From assembly GCA_951406725.2 (NCBI GenBank), contig OX597818.1, positions 15,376,001 through 15,440,000 of the forward strand: a stretch of 64,000 nt of DNA. Direction: 5' to 3'. Source of the stretch: Octopus vulgaris. Its lineage: Eukaryota. Positions 36,106-47,584 of the stretch are shown one piece after another. The stretch's first letter is position 1. The number at the start of each line of letters is the position of its first letter. Under the pieces are notes generated by a model, which did no database searches, was not told the DNA's origin, and worked only from the letters and a program-made list of their open reading frames with translations. Made by a program: the position numbers and the translations under genes.

Positions 36106-38679
36106 GTAAGTTTCTGTTCCCTCTTCATTGTAACAAGCAAATCCATTAAATCCAACAAATACATACACCAAACACTTTTGTACCATTCTACTAATAAAAC
36201 ACTAGCCTCTACTCTTCTACACAATAAAGATATAAGCCTTTTTAGGATTGATTTTAACATAATCAAATCAAATCAAAACAAATCAAAATAGATGAACATC
36301 AATGGAATTTCTATCTTTGTAGTACCAGTGCCGGTGGCACACAAGAAAACCATCCGAACGTGGCGGTAGCCAGTACCACATCGACTGGCCTCCGTGCTGT
36401 GGGCACGTAACAAACACCATCCGATCGTGGCCGTTCGCCAGCCTCATCTGGCACCTGTGTCGGTGGCACATAAAAACACCATCCGAAGACCCGGCAAGAC
36501 TAGTCAGGCCATAACCCGTGGCCCCTACCTGGGACGTAGTCAGTCCACCTGTGCATACCTTCCTTCTTATGACACTTGTGAAGACCTGTTGAGGCTAGTG
36601 TGTGACACTTGTGAAGACCTGTTGAGGCAAGTGAAAATCAAACAAAATCAAAATAGATGAACATCAATGGAATTTGTATCTTTGTGGTACCAGTGCCGGT
36701 GGCACACAAGAAAACCATCCGAACGTGGTCGTAGCCAGTACCGCATCGACTGGCCTCCGTGCTGTGGGCACGTAACAAACACTATCCGATCGTGGCCGTT
36801 CGCCAGCCTCATCTGGCACTTGTGTCGGTGGCACATAAAAACACCATCCGAGCGTGGCCGTCTGCCAGCCTCGTCTGGCACCTGTGTCGGTGGCACATAA
36901 AAAACACCATCCGAGCGTGGCTGTTCGCCAGTCTCGTCTGGCACCTGTGTCGGTGGCACATAAAATCACCCACTACACTCTCGGAGTGGTTGGCGTTAGG
37001 AAGGGCATCCAGCTGTAGAAACACTGCCAGATCTGACTGGCCTGGTGCAGCCTTCGGGCTCCCCAGACCCCAGTTGAACCGTCCAACCCATGCTAGCATG
37101 GAAAGCGGACGTTAAATGATGATGATGATGATATTCCTTGAAAGGACTATATTTTATTATGCTCTCCTCTTCTTTCTACAATGCTGCAACTTATCCAACT
37201 CCATGTCATCTCTTGCTTGTCACTCTCCTGTCTACTAAATCTTCATTACTACTCTGTTGCTTTCTCCCACTCCACTTTTACAACAATTTCAGTTACCTCC
37301 TACTTCCCCTGTCTCCTCTAACTCATGCCTTATTGTTCATCCTCAATCTTTATGCCCCATTCTCTACATCCACCCTTCAACCATAGGGAATCTTTACAAT
37401 TGTCACTTACCTCCCTTCTCATTTATTCCCCATTTCTCACTCTTGCAACTTCCATTCACCAACATTCTAATTCCTCTGTTCCTCTCACTTCTCCTCATTT
37501 CCTACACTGACAGTCTACCCTGGCACCTCATTGTTACTATTTTTATCTCTTTCCAGCTCCACCTGATCACTTTCATCCTCTCTTCTAAAATATGGGTAGC
37601 CAACTATATGTCATTTCTCTCTTGTCCCTCTCCTGTCTACTTAGTCCTTATTACTATTCTGCTGTTCTCCCCACTCCACTTTTATTGCATTGTCAGCTAC
37701 CTCCTACTTTCCCTATTGATCACTTCCATCTCCTCTTCTAAAATGTGAGTTGGCATGTTGATCTTCTACAGCAGAAAATCTGTTCTTCTCTCATACATTA
37801 ACCCTTCATTTCCTTGTATAAAGCTGCCCCTTGGAGTTACTAGCCATGCAGGATGTATGGCAACATCAATAGGGCTGGTGGATTGAACAAAGTACTCAGG
37901 ACACACTGTAAAGTGGTTGGCATCCAGCCATATAAACCATGCCAAAGTAGACACTGAAACAATGCAGTCAATGGACACATTTGTTCCTGTCAAACCATCC
38001 AACCCATGTCAGCATGGAATGTGGACGTTAAAGGATGATGATGAAGCCATTTTGCTCAGTACTCTCTGTTCATACACACATGCACCCCCCCCACACACAC
38101 ACACATATGTGTAGACATGGTTATTTGTAACTTAATGAGAAAAATTGTTACCTGATAATCCATTGTAGTTGAGAAAAGTACTTAGAACATTTATTGCAGG
38201 GCCCCAATCAACTACAAGGGTGGAAAGTGCATAGGAACTATAGTATAAACTTGTGTTTATCCTTATTATATATATATATATATGAAATATAAATTAGAGA
38301 TAAAACCACTATTATGCAATTCAATGGTATATTTTATATATCTATATTGTGAAATTTGATTTAATACTAAATTTAATTTTTCCCTGTAAGTTTGGAGTTA
38401 AACTCCCTAATATTATTATTATTATTATTATCATTATTATTATATATATATATATATATCCGTACACAGATACAGACAAACACACTCAGGATTTAGATAT
38501 GAGCAATGTGGCCTACTATAAGTTTCATGCTCAGATACCACATGGTCAATGCAGAGCATCACACCCACTCAAAAGAGCAATTCAGCTGAAACAAACCTAA
38601 TGGCTAACACAATTTGCTTCTTCAACCTGACAACACTCCCAAACCACCATCACCACCACTACCACTACCACCTCATTAA

Positions 38680-38945
38680 TTTGACCAAAAATGCTACTCA
38701 GTTGCTCATTTGAGAAGTACTACCATACCCACCGTATTCTCCTGGTGTAGTGCCTTCGGATTATCACATTTTCATCACTCCCTAACAGCCTGCAATGTGT
38801 TTTATTCAACAATGTAAAGCTGAAAAATGTGGCTAGACGAATTCGAATCAAAATCCAATGTTTTTTTTTACTGTCAAAACATTAACAAGCTGGTGGAACA
38901 TTGACAAGAAGTTGTTAACAATGAAAGAGAATATGTTATTGATTT
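38680..38945 (+). mobile_element. Old mariner transposase 3' fragment
   Basis: Reads EVLPYPPYSPGVVPSDYHIF (a decayed HPPYSPDLAPSDY motif) and later VVNNEREYVID. Confidence 0.75.
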
Positions 38946-39128
38946 ATTTGTTAAAAATATTGATGAAAAATAAGGATTAAAATGAATGGAATAAAAGAAT
39001 GTCTGACTTTGTTTAACAACTCTTCGTGTATATATTTAAATATATGTTGATATATTAATGTATCTATACAGAGAAAAATATGTAATTATATAATGATATT
39101 AATATTTTACAAATCACTTTATTTACAG

Positions 39129-39159
39129 GGGCAAAAGCGCTCAAAGCTACCCAGAATGA
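39129..39159 (+). CDS. IgSF receptor cytoplasmic microexon A3 (31 nt, RAKALKATQN)
   Basis: tttatttacag acceptor; GA|gtaagt donor; phase 1->2; paralogous to A4. Confidence 0.88.
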
Positions 39160-39671
39160 GTAAGTATATACATTTTTTTAAATTTTTACAATTTCTTTGT
39201 CTTTTTTTTTCTACTTTAAGAAATCTACTTTGAAATTTACAAAGAGAAAGAATCTGATGGTTTGGGTGAAATTAATGATAGTTTATGTGGTTAAGGAATT
39301 TGTGTTGCAATCACATCATTCCAGATACAATATCACACTGCATGGCCAAGTCAGCTGAGCATGCCATGTAGAGGGCACTTATCTTAGTCTACAACAGCTC
39401 CTGATGAGAGCATTTAAAGGTAATTTTACATAAAAAACAACATCAGATCCAGGGAGTAGATGAAGCTTATGACCAGAACAAGAATGGTTTTAAAGCCAAA
39501 CACACACACACACACACACACACACTCTCAAAGTTTTCACTTCATATTTGGTATTGTCTCTTATGTTACATGAAATGGCTTCAATTATTATTTTTTACTT
39601 ATATGTCAAATTATATAATTTGTTTTCTTAGTCACCTTCATTGATAAGTATTTGATACGTTTGTTTTCCAG

Positions 39672-39721
39672 GTATTTAAGCCCGAAGTCTGTAAATTCTC
39701 TGAAGCGCATTCAAAATGAAG
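39672..39721 (+). CDS. IgSF receptor cytoplasmic microexon B3 (50 nt, EYLSPKSVNSLKRIQNE)
   Basis: ttgttttccag acceptor; AAG|gtgaga donor; phase 2->1; 40/50 nt identical to B4. Confidence 0.9.
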
Positions 39722-40999
39722 GTGAGATTTTTCTTCATTATTCTCTAAATTTAATAACATTAATTAGTTTAACTGCTTAAATGATAGAATCGTGGTAATC
39801 ATGAAGAATAAGAAGATTATGCAGGAGAGATGATTGTGGAATGGCCAAAATGCCCTCATATTCCACCCATCTGTCTGACAACCACCTACAGACAAATCAT
39901 CCATCTCATAAATATTCCCATCCTGCAAAGCATGCTTACATTTATTTATTTGATCTTGGCTTGGTTTTGCTTCATGCTTTTTTTTGATGGGGCTGGGGTC
40001 ATCCCAGGTTAGTGGCCCCAAAGACATCATTATGTGTAGAGCTGACCAGGTCAACCAGTGCTCTTCATCGGGGGCAGCCCCTCTGCATCCTCCAAGGTGA
40101 TGTCAAGTCTCTAGAGATCTTCCCCAATCATGTCCAGCCATCTGATGCAGGACCTGCCACAAGGCCACTTCTAGCCTGCAGCTACTGTATTGAATGAGAG
40201 TAAAACCCTGGTAGATTTTAAAATCCACTCATTACAATTTGCAAAATAAAAAGTTGATTATAATTTCCATTGGAGTTGAGCTATAATTTTGGGTGTGCAC
40301 TCAGCAAATGAAGATTTCTGTTATTTTATTTTATTTATAAATCTCAACTTTCTATGTCTATTTCAATTTTGATGCCAAACCCATAAATTATTTATGTTTT
40401 GTGTAAATAATTCATACTGAAATTACCCACAATTGCATTGAACTATCTTGATCTGCAACAAACCTCCCCTCCTCTCTCTCTCTCTCTCTGGGCATCTGCA
40501 TGTGGGTATGGTGAATGTGCATGTGTGTGCATATGCACATACAACTGAGAAAAGACACATAATTGCCAACAGAGATGTACATAGCAATTTTGTATCAAAA
40601 TAAGTTATCTTTTACACAGTTTGTTTTTAATTCATTGAATTAATCCCATCAAAGTACTCTGAGTTTCTCACTGGCCATATCCATTTATTTATTTAGATTT
40701 ATTACACAGTCATAAGTCTAAATAATCAACAGAGATGATCAGCTCAAGTCTGGAACAGCATGATTCTACATAAGAAAACTACACACACATACATGTACAC
40801 ATGGTTAACATGCAGTTTACCATTGTAAAATAGTGAAAGTAAATTGTCCTTAAAAAAGGAAATTTTTTGCAATAAAAACAGGAAGTGACAACACAAACAT
40901 CACGTAATTTCATATAAACACTATGTAATGTTGGTGATGGCAGCTGTCCATTGTAGGTCAATATTGACTAGTCTGTTAAGGAATCACCTCTGGCAGGCT

Positions 41000-41990
41000 C
41001 CCGTGTGGACTACAAGACCTGCTCTTGATCTACTGCAGGTTAAGTTACTTGACACAATTGAGAAGTGATACCTTCCATGAGCTATTTCATATTCTCTCTG
41101 TTGTTCTCCTCAATAACTAGAATTATGAACATCAGTAATCAGTGCCATTTAATGTACTGGAGGGCCTTCTCCTCCCAGTTGTCTGGACAAACACTGAAGT
41201 CCTTCAGCACATCCCTGTATTGCAACCATGGCCACCATGGCTTCTCCTGTCCTGATGCAGTTCAGCATAGAAAACTGCTTTTGGGAGCCTGCTGCCTCTA
41301 ACCTGGAAACATGTTCTGCCCAGTGCTGCTGCAGTGAGATTAATAAGGGCCTCCACATTAACTGCACCAGAGCAGTGTAGGACCTCTACATTAGAAATGC
41401 AATCCCACCATCTTATATGTAAGATGGAGTGCCGACAACAAAATTGGACTCATGTCTGGCTCTTGATGTCTCTGCAGTTGAGGACCATGCAATCTATGGC
41501 ATAGAGGAGGTAAGAGAGTACTGGAGCACTGCACAACTTAATCTTTGTGTTGTGGGAAGAATCATAGCAGCTCCATAGATGCTTCTCAAGAGTATCAAAA
41601 GCCTTTGTGGGAGAGTGTATTTGCCAGTCAACTTTGAAGTCAGAAGAATTAGTACAAGTCACTGTGCTGTTGAGAGAGGTAAAGGCTACAGAGTGTACTT
41701 TAGGAGCTCTCCAAGTACTATCACTTTCTCAGGTAATCTCAATCTAATAGGACATCTTGGTGGGGTCTCGTAGAGTAGCTTAGTCTTTGAAGTGTTGATC
41801 TTGAAATCAAACACGTGTGCTGCCCAAGAAAATTGGTCCACAATGCATCGTATGTCCCCAATGCTGCTGGCCACATGCACTAAGTCATATGCAAAAAGCG
41901 GTTCCCTGACATACATTTGTCCTAGGAGCACAAAGAGGACATTCAGAAGCTGCTAGACAAAAAGCAATGCCTGCACCAGCAACGTCTACA
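41000..41990 (-). mobile_element. Degenerate RTE-clade LINE reverse-transcriptase fragment
   Basis: ORF 41686-41931 has REPLFAYD...DQFSWAAHVFDFKINTSKTKLLY (decayed LFADD..GL.IN..KT). Downstream fragments include QHWAEHVSRL. Confidence 0.8.
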
Positions 41991-42460
41991 GAACTCAGAG
42001 AGAAGCAGGGTCACTTTTACTGAAATCAAGTCTGAAGTATAGGAGGAAATGAGTGAGACCAACGAAATTTAATGTCTGTTTTCCATGCTGGCATGGGTTG
42101 CACAGTTTGACTGTGGACTGGAGAGCCAGGCTCCAATCTAATCTGGCAATGTTTCTCCAGCTGGATGCCCTTCCTAATGCCAACCACTCTGAGAGTGTAG
42201 TTGGTACGTTTTACATTCCACCAGCACAGGAGCCAGACAGGGGCACTGGCATCAGCCATGTTCAGATGGTGTTTTTTACATGCCAGCAGCATGGGAACCA
42301 GTCAAGGGGCCCTGGCATCGATCACGTGATTGATAATCAACCTTCTTACCACAAATCCATGCCTGCTAATATATAGGTGGCCATCAATTGTGATGAGTTT
42401 GTTTTTTTCTCTCTCAATTCATTTTTTCTCTTTACATTTAACAAATCTATTTATTTACAG

Positions 42461-42491
42461 GGACAATTGACCGCAAATCTACTGAGAATGT
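42461..42491 (+). CDS. IgSF receptor cytoplasmic microexon A4 (31 nt, GTIDRKSTEN)
   Basis: tttatttacag acceptor; GT|gtaagt donor; phase 1->2; 21/31 nt identical to A3. Confidence 0.88.
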
Positions 42492-42907
42492 GTAAGTATG
42501 CAAAATTAAAATATATCTTCACACACTTTCCTTATATATATTTTTTTCATTTGAATCCATCTACCTGGAAATTTAAAAAGAGAAAAATATCTTTATATTT
42601 GATAGTTTTGGGAAAAATTGATAATGGTTGTTTGTGTGGTCAAAGAATTTGTATAGCATTCACATCATTGCAGATACAATCACATTGCTTGGCTGAATCA
42701 GCTGAGTATGGAATGTGGTGGGCACTTATCTAAATCTGAACTACAACAGTTTCTGATGAGAGTATTTGTAAGAAGCCTTAAGAGAACGACGTCAGACCCT
42801 GGGAGTAGGTTGAAGTTTATCTCCTTGGAAAAAATGAGTTTAAAGCCAAACACACACACACACATGCACAAGCGTGCACATGCACACACGCACACAGACA
42901 CACTCAT

Positions 42908-42952
<45 letters not shown>

Positions 42953-43651
42953 AGATAATGAACCACTGCTCGGCAATGGCCCAATCCCATCTTCATCGAG
43001 TGAGGAAACTATGGAAGTGGTGGTTTTTCACACACACACACAAATAATACACATGTAAACAAACAAAAGCATGCACATGCATATGCATGCACAAACATAC
43101 ACACATGTACACACACGTACAAACAAGCACATGCACACACATACACACATTCACACACACACATACATGTATACACAGACAGATAATGCATATGAAGAGT
43201 TAAAAACAAAGATAAAAAAATATTTATAGCTTTTAACTAAGATATATATAAAGCACGATTTATTCGTGAGCAGAGGCGTGATCTTTAATTGGTGATTCTA
43301 CCATATAATACCATTGATCATTTCTGTTGTAGCAACATATTTAGATACAGCGAATATCAATCAAATTAATATAGCTGAATATACATGTTAAAACAATGTT
43401 ATCAAGGCAATCCAAGATTAGTTAAATTCCATTAGTTTAATTCCTTTTTCTTGTTATATAAATATATATATGTATGTATGCATGTATATACATATGTAGA
43501 AATATGTCTGTGTGTGTGTGTGTGTGTGTGTGTTTGTGTATGTGTGTGAGAGGGATTATATATGTATGTATGTGGATAGGTAGGTAGGTATAATTCATCT
43601 TTTTACAGTTAATTTCATTGTTGTTAAGTGTGTGATTCATTTATCTTCCAG

Positions 43652-43701
43652 ATATTTAAACCCATTGTCAGTAAATTCCCTGAAGCACGCTCAAAATGAA
43701 G
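43652..43701 (+). CDS. IgSF receptor cytoplasmic microexon B4 (50 nt, VYLNPLSVNSLKHAQNE)
   Basis: ttatcttccag acceptor; AAG|gtgaga donor; phase 2->1. Confidence 0.9.
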
Positions 43702-44850
43702 GTGAGATTTTTCATTATTTTCTAAATTTAATGGCAAGGCAGCAAGCTGGCAGAATTGTTAGCATGCCAGGCAAAATGCTTAGCAGCACTTCATCTATCT
43801 TCGTGTTCTGAGTTCAAATTCCACTGAGATTAACTTTGCCTTTCATCCTTTTGGGGTCAATAAATTAAGTACCATTGGGGTTGATGTAATCAACTAGTTC
43901 CTTCCCCACAAATTTCAGGCTTTGTGTTTTTATTAGAATCATGGTAATCATGTAGAAATAAGAAGATTATGCAGGAGAGATGATAGTGGAATCTTTATCT
44001 TTAATCTTTTCTTTTACTTGTTTCAATCATTTGAATGTGGCCATGCTGGAGTACTACCTTGAAGGGTTTTGGGCAAACTCATTGACTCCAAGACTTATTT
44101 TTTAAAGCCTAGTACTTATTGGTCTCTTTTGCTAAACCATCAAGTTATGGGGGGATGTAAACACACTAACACCAGTTGTCAAGTAGTGATGGAGGGGACA
44201 AACACAGACACAGAGAGACAGACACAGATTTACATAGATATATATATAAAGAGTAAAGACCCCTTTCTGTCATGAATGACCATAGGATTGCAACTAGGTT
44301 ATCCTCCAAGGCACAAGTCCAGGCAAGGTCATATGTGAAAGACCAGCAGTCACCCATGCATACCAGTCTCCCCTCTTTATGCCACCGATGTTATCCAAGG
44401 AAAAGGCAAAGTCCTTTTATCCAAGTGAAAAGCAGCCATTTTGAATAAGTAGAGCTTGGCTCCAGTCTCATTACAGGCATTAATATAAGAACATAATAAG
44501 GTTGAACAGATACCACAAGACAACTTAAGGTCCTGAATTTTAACCCATTGCACACACTTTCTTCTGTGTCTACTGACTATTAAATTCTGTAATATAATCA
44601 TTTCAGCTATGAAGAATTAGATACCAGATTTTTTGTGAATGTTTTTTGGTATAGAAGAGCACTCTGTGAGAGATGTATCAATTCCTTACTAACATAATTT
44701 CATAGAACTGTAGCTAAATATTGGTATTTTTAGAACATTTATAAAGCATTTCATGAAACTGAGTTATGTCATTCGAAATTAGATTTCATTAAGTTATTTG
44801 AGACAAACAGCTCTGAAATTAATAATAATGTTTATTTTTTCCTATTGCAG

Positions 44851-44864
44851 CACTAATTGGATGA
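44851..44864 (+). CDS. IgSF receptor terminal coding segment (ALIG-stop), followed by putative 3' UTR
   Basis: Strong acceptor tttattttttcctattgcag. Phase 1 gives GCA CTA ATT GGA TGA, followed by ~800 nt of non-repetitive sequence. Confidence 0.7.
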
Positions 44865-46174
44865 AGTTCTACAACCACGAAGGAACGAGTTTACTGAGGA
44901 TTCTTTACAGGAAAAAAAAATTAGACCAATATTCATATACTTCTTACCCTGTTTATGTTTTTGTTTTTATTTCTTTTCTTTTAGTTTTTCCAAAGCAAAA
45001 CATCACCATTTATTTCCTACAGGATACAAAACTGATGGAAACTATGATTTCCATTAACAAAAATGCTCCTTTAAAAGAGAAGCAAAAGACCAGTCTTAAC
45101 ATTATTGTACAATGACAGTATATGTCCTGTATACAAATGATATATTTTGCTAATGTCCCTTAATATTTTGAACAATGCCATCCCTGCACCAAAAGAAAAA
45201 AAAGCCTTGATCAATTTTGAGCTAAATCATAGCAAATTGTGAAGCATTAATCAAAAGCACCGTCATCCAGATGTTTTTATTTTAATAACATTCTCCTGTG
45301 TATATGACAGCAGAACTTATGAGAATACAGAATGCTGAATGATTCCAATCCCTGAAAATTAAAACAACATTGACATAAAGAAGAGAATTTATAAGGTCTC
45401 AAGTATGAGGCAGTATTTTCAGTGAGAAAACTCTAACTGAAAACAATGCCTTATGATGATGGGTTTAATACTGGAATTCTCCACATGCTAATTCTTGCCA
45501 CGTATTTGGAGAACAAACAATTGCTTCATTTTGTTCATTCAAATTTCATCCACTTTGGCCATCGATCATGTCACCCGGTGTTTGTCCTATTCCTTTCCTT
45601 TATTTTCAATTGGAAGTTAACCACAATTATTTGTGTATAATTTTTCACTCTTGTATAATGCACATCTATCATTATAAGCAATGAAACTCCTAAAACAAAT
45701 ATCAGTCACATACAATATATATAAACTTTTTTTAGTGTCTATGATTTGTAAAAAAGAAATGGTCACTCAGATTTGTAATTGTCATATAAATGATCATTGT
45801 TATAATTATCATTTTTTTTTATGTCCATTTTCCATGCTGGCATGGATTAGATGGATTGTCATGTTCCAAGTTTGTTCTTCAGAGAGTTACTGTCCTTCAA
45901 GACAGATAGGAGGACCATCCAAATGTAGCTGATGCCAGTGCCGCCTGACTGGCTCCCATGCTGGTGGCACATAAAATGCACCCACTACACTCTCGGAGTG
46001 GTTGGTGTCAGGAAGTGCATCCAGCTGTAGAAACATTGCCAGATTGCATTAGAGCCTGATGCAGCCTACTGGCTTGCCAGACCTCTGTCAAATTGTCCAA
46101 TCTATACCAGCATGGAAAGCGGATGTTAAATGATGATGATGATGATATATATATATATATATATCAGAATAACA

Positions 46175-46253
<79 letters not shown>

Positions 46254-46289
46254 TCTAGCTTTCATCACTGCCCCCATTTTAATATAGAT

Positions 46290-47035
46290 TTTGCCATGGT
46301 TGCATGGTTGGTCAACTCTTCTCCAACACTGAACTTGGTCCTGTGTCATATCTTTTGTGACATGCAACAACTTGAGATCAGTTTTCACCACTTCCTCCAA
46401 AGTTGTCCTGTATCTCTCTCTCTATCGCAAGTCCCATCTATTTTGTGTCACTCAGCTGTCACCATCCATATGCATCACATGTCCATACCGATACTGTCTT
46501 CATTCTCACATACTGCATCTGATACTCTTCATATTCAATCATTATCATAGCTCATTTATATTTCCATCATGCACACATACAAATGCTACACATCTAGTGA
46601 GTATATCCACTTCACTCCTTTCTTCTCTTTGCAAATCATTTGCATCCAGGACCTCTGTTTCATGCCATGCAACATTACAGTTTGTGCACGAACACCATAC
46701 AACTTGCTTTCCATTCTAAAAACAACCTTTTTTGAGAGTAGAGATATAGCTCCTTGTACATTTTCTTATCTGTTCCTGCTCTGGGTATAATGCTTTCAAA
46801 ACACCCATTGCTGTTAATTGGGTCATTTAGGTTATAGAAGATATCAACTACTCCTAGAGAACCACCCAGGCATTTGAGAGAGGCTATTTTATGTGTACCC
46901 TTAGTGCTTATTCCCTCAGTGCACCTACCACATATGAAGTCTAATTTCTCTGTTATTCTGCTTGTGACCCCACCATACCATTTGTTTATGCATTGTTTAC
47001 ACTGACAAGACTGTATGGAATTTCTGTCTAAGGAT
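46290..47035 (-). mobile_element. Degenerate RTE-X-like LINE 3' coding fragment
   Basis: ORF 46675-47064 has NSIQSCQCKQC..KW..G....L.F.CGRC and LGVVD.FY.L.D. ORF 46164-46400 has EEVVKTDLKLLHVTKDMTQD. Confidence 0.7.
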
Positions 47036-47286
47036 GGTTTGATATACAGAAAAAATCCGCACATCTTTAAACAAAATAAAAAGCAAATTTGAAAGTGACC
47101 TTTTGAACTTTAATGATGTTGACTGGAATAGCATATATGCTTTGAAGTCAACCTTGTGGAAATCAAATAATCGTCTTTTTTTTTTTTTCATGAAAAATGC
47201 ATTTATTGCACATTAAAAAATATGTTAACTTAGTCATGCATGTTCTGTTACTCTGTTACTACAGAAGATATAATTAATTATTTCTA

Positions 47287-47504
47287 TTGGGTTGGTGAAT
47301 AATTATTGCAGCTTTTTTTCAACAAATTTTATTCAACAAAAACAATAAAAACATGTAACAAAAACATCTTTAAATGATTATTCCGGAGCATATTCACCAT
47401 CTACTTCAATTACTGCTTCCCATTTGCTTGGCAGATGGTCAGACTGTCATTTAAGGATGTTTTTGTTGAGAAAAAAAGGCCGCAATAATTATGCACCAAC
47501 CCAA
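47287..47504 (-). mobile_element. Mariner-derived MITE (internal deletion derivative)
   Basis: TA-ttgggttggtgaataattattgc TIR / gcaataattatgcaccaacccaa-TA. Retains the transposase C-terminus DHLPSKWEAVIEVDGEYAPE*. Confidence 0.9.
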
Positions 47505-47552
47505 TAATTATCACATTTCTTTTATTCAGCTAATGGAAAATATTTTATATAA

Positions 47553-47584
<32 letters not shown>

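Noticed and set aside
37138-37748. Hydrophobic 163-aa ORF suggesting a membrane protein
   Set aside because: C/T-rich low-complexity degenerate repeat with open frames in several phases and no splice-consistent link to the gene.
44798-45115. ORFs overlapping the terminal exon
   Set aside because: The upstream exon phase dictates ALIG-stop. These frames have no support and are probably 3' UTR.
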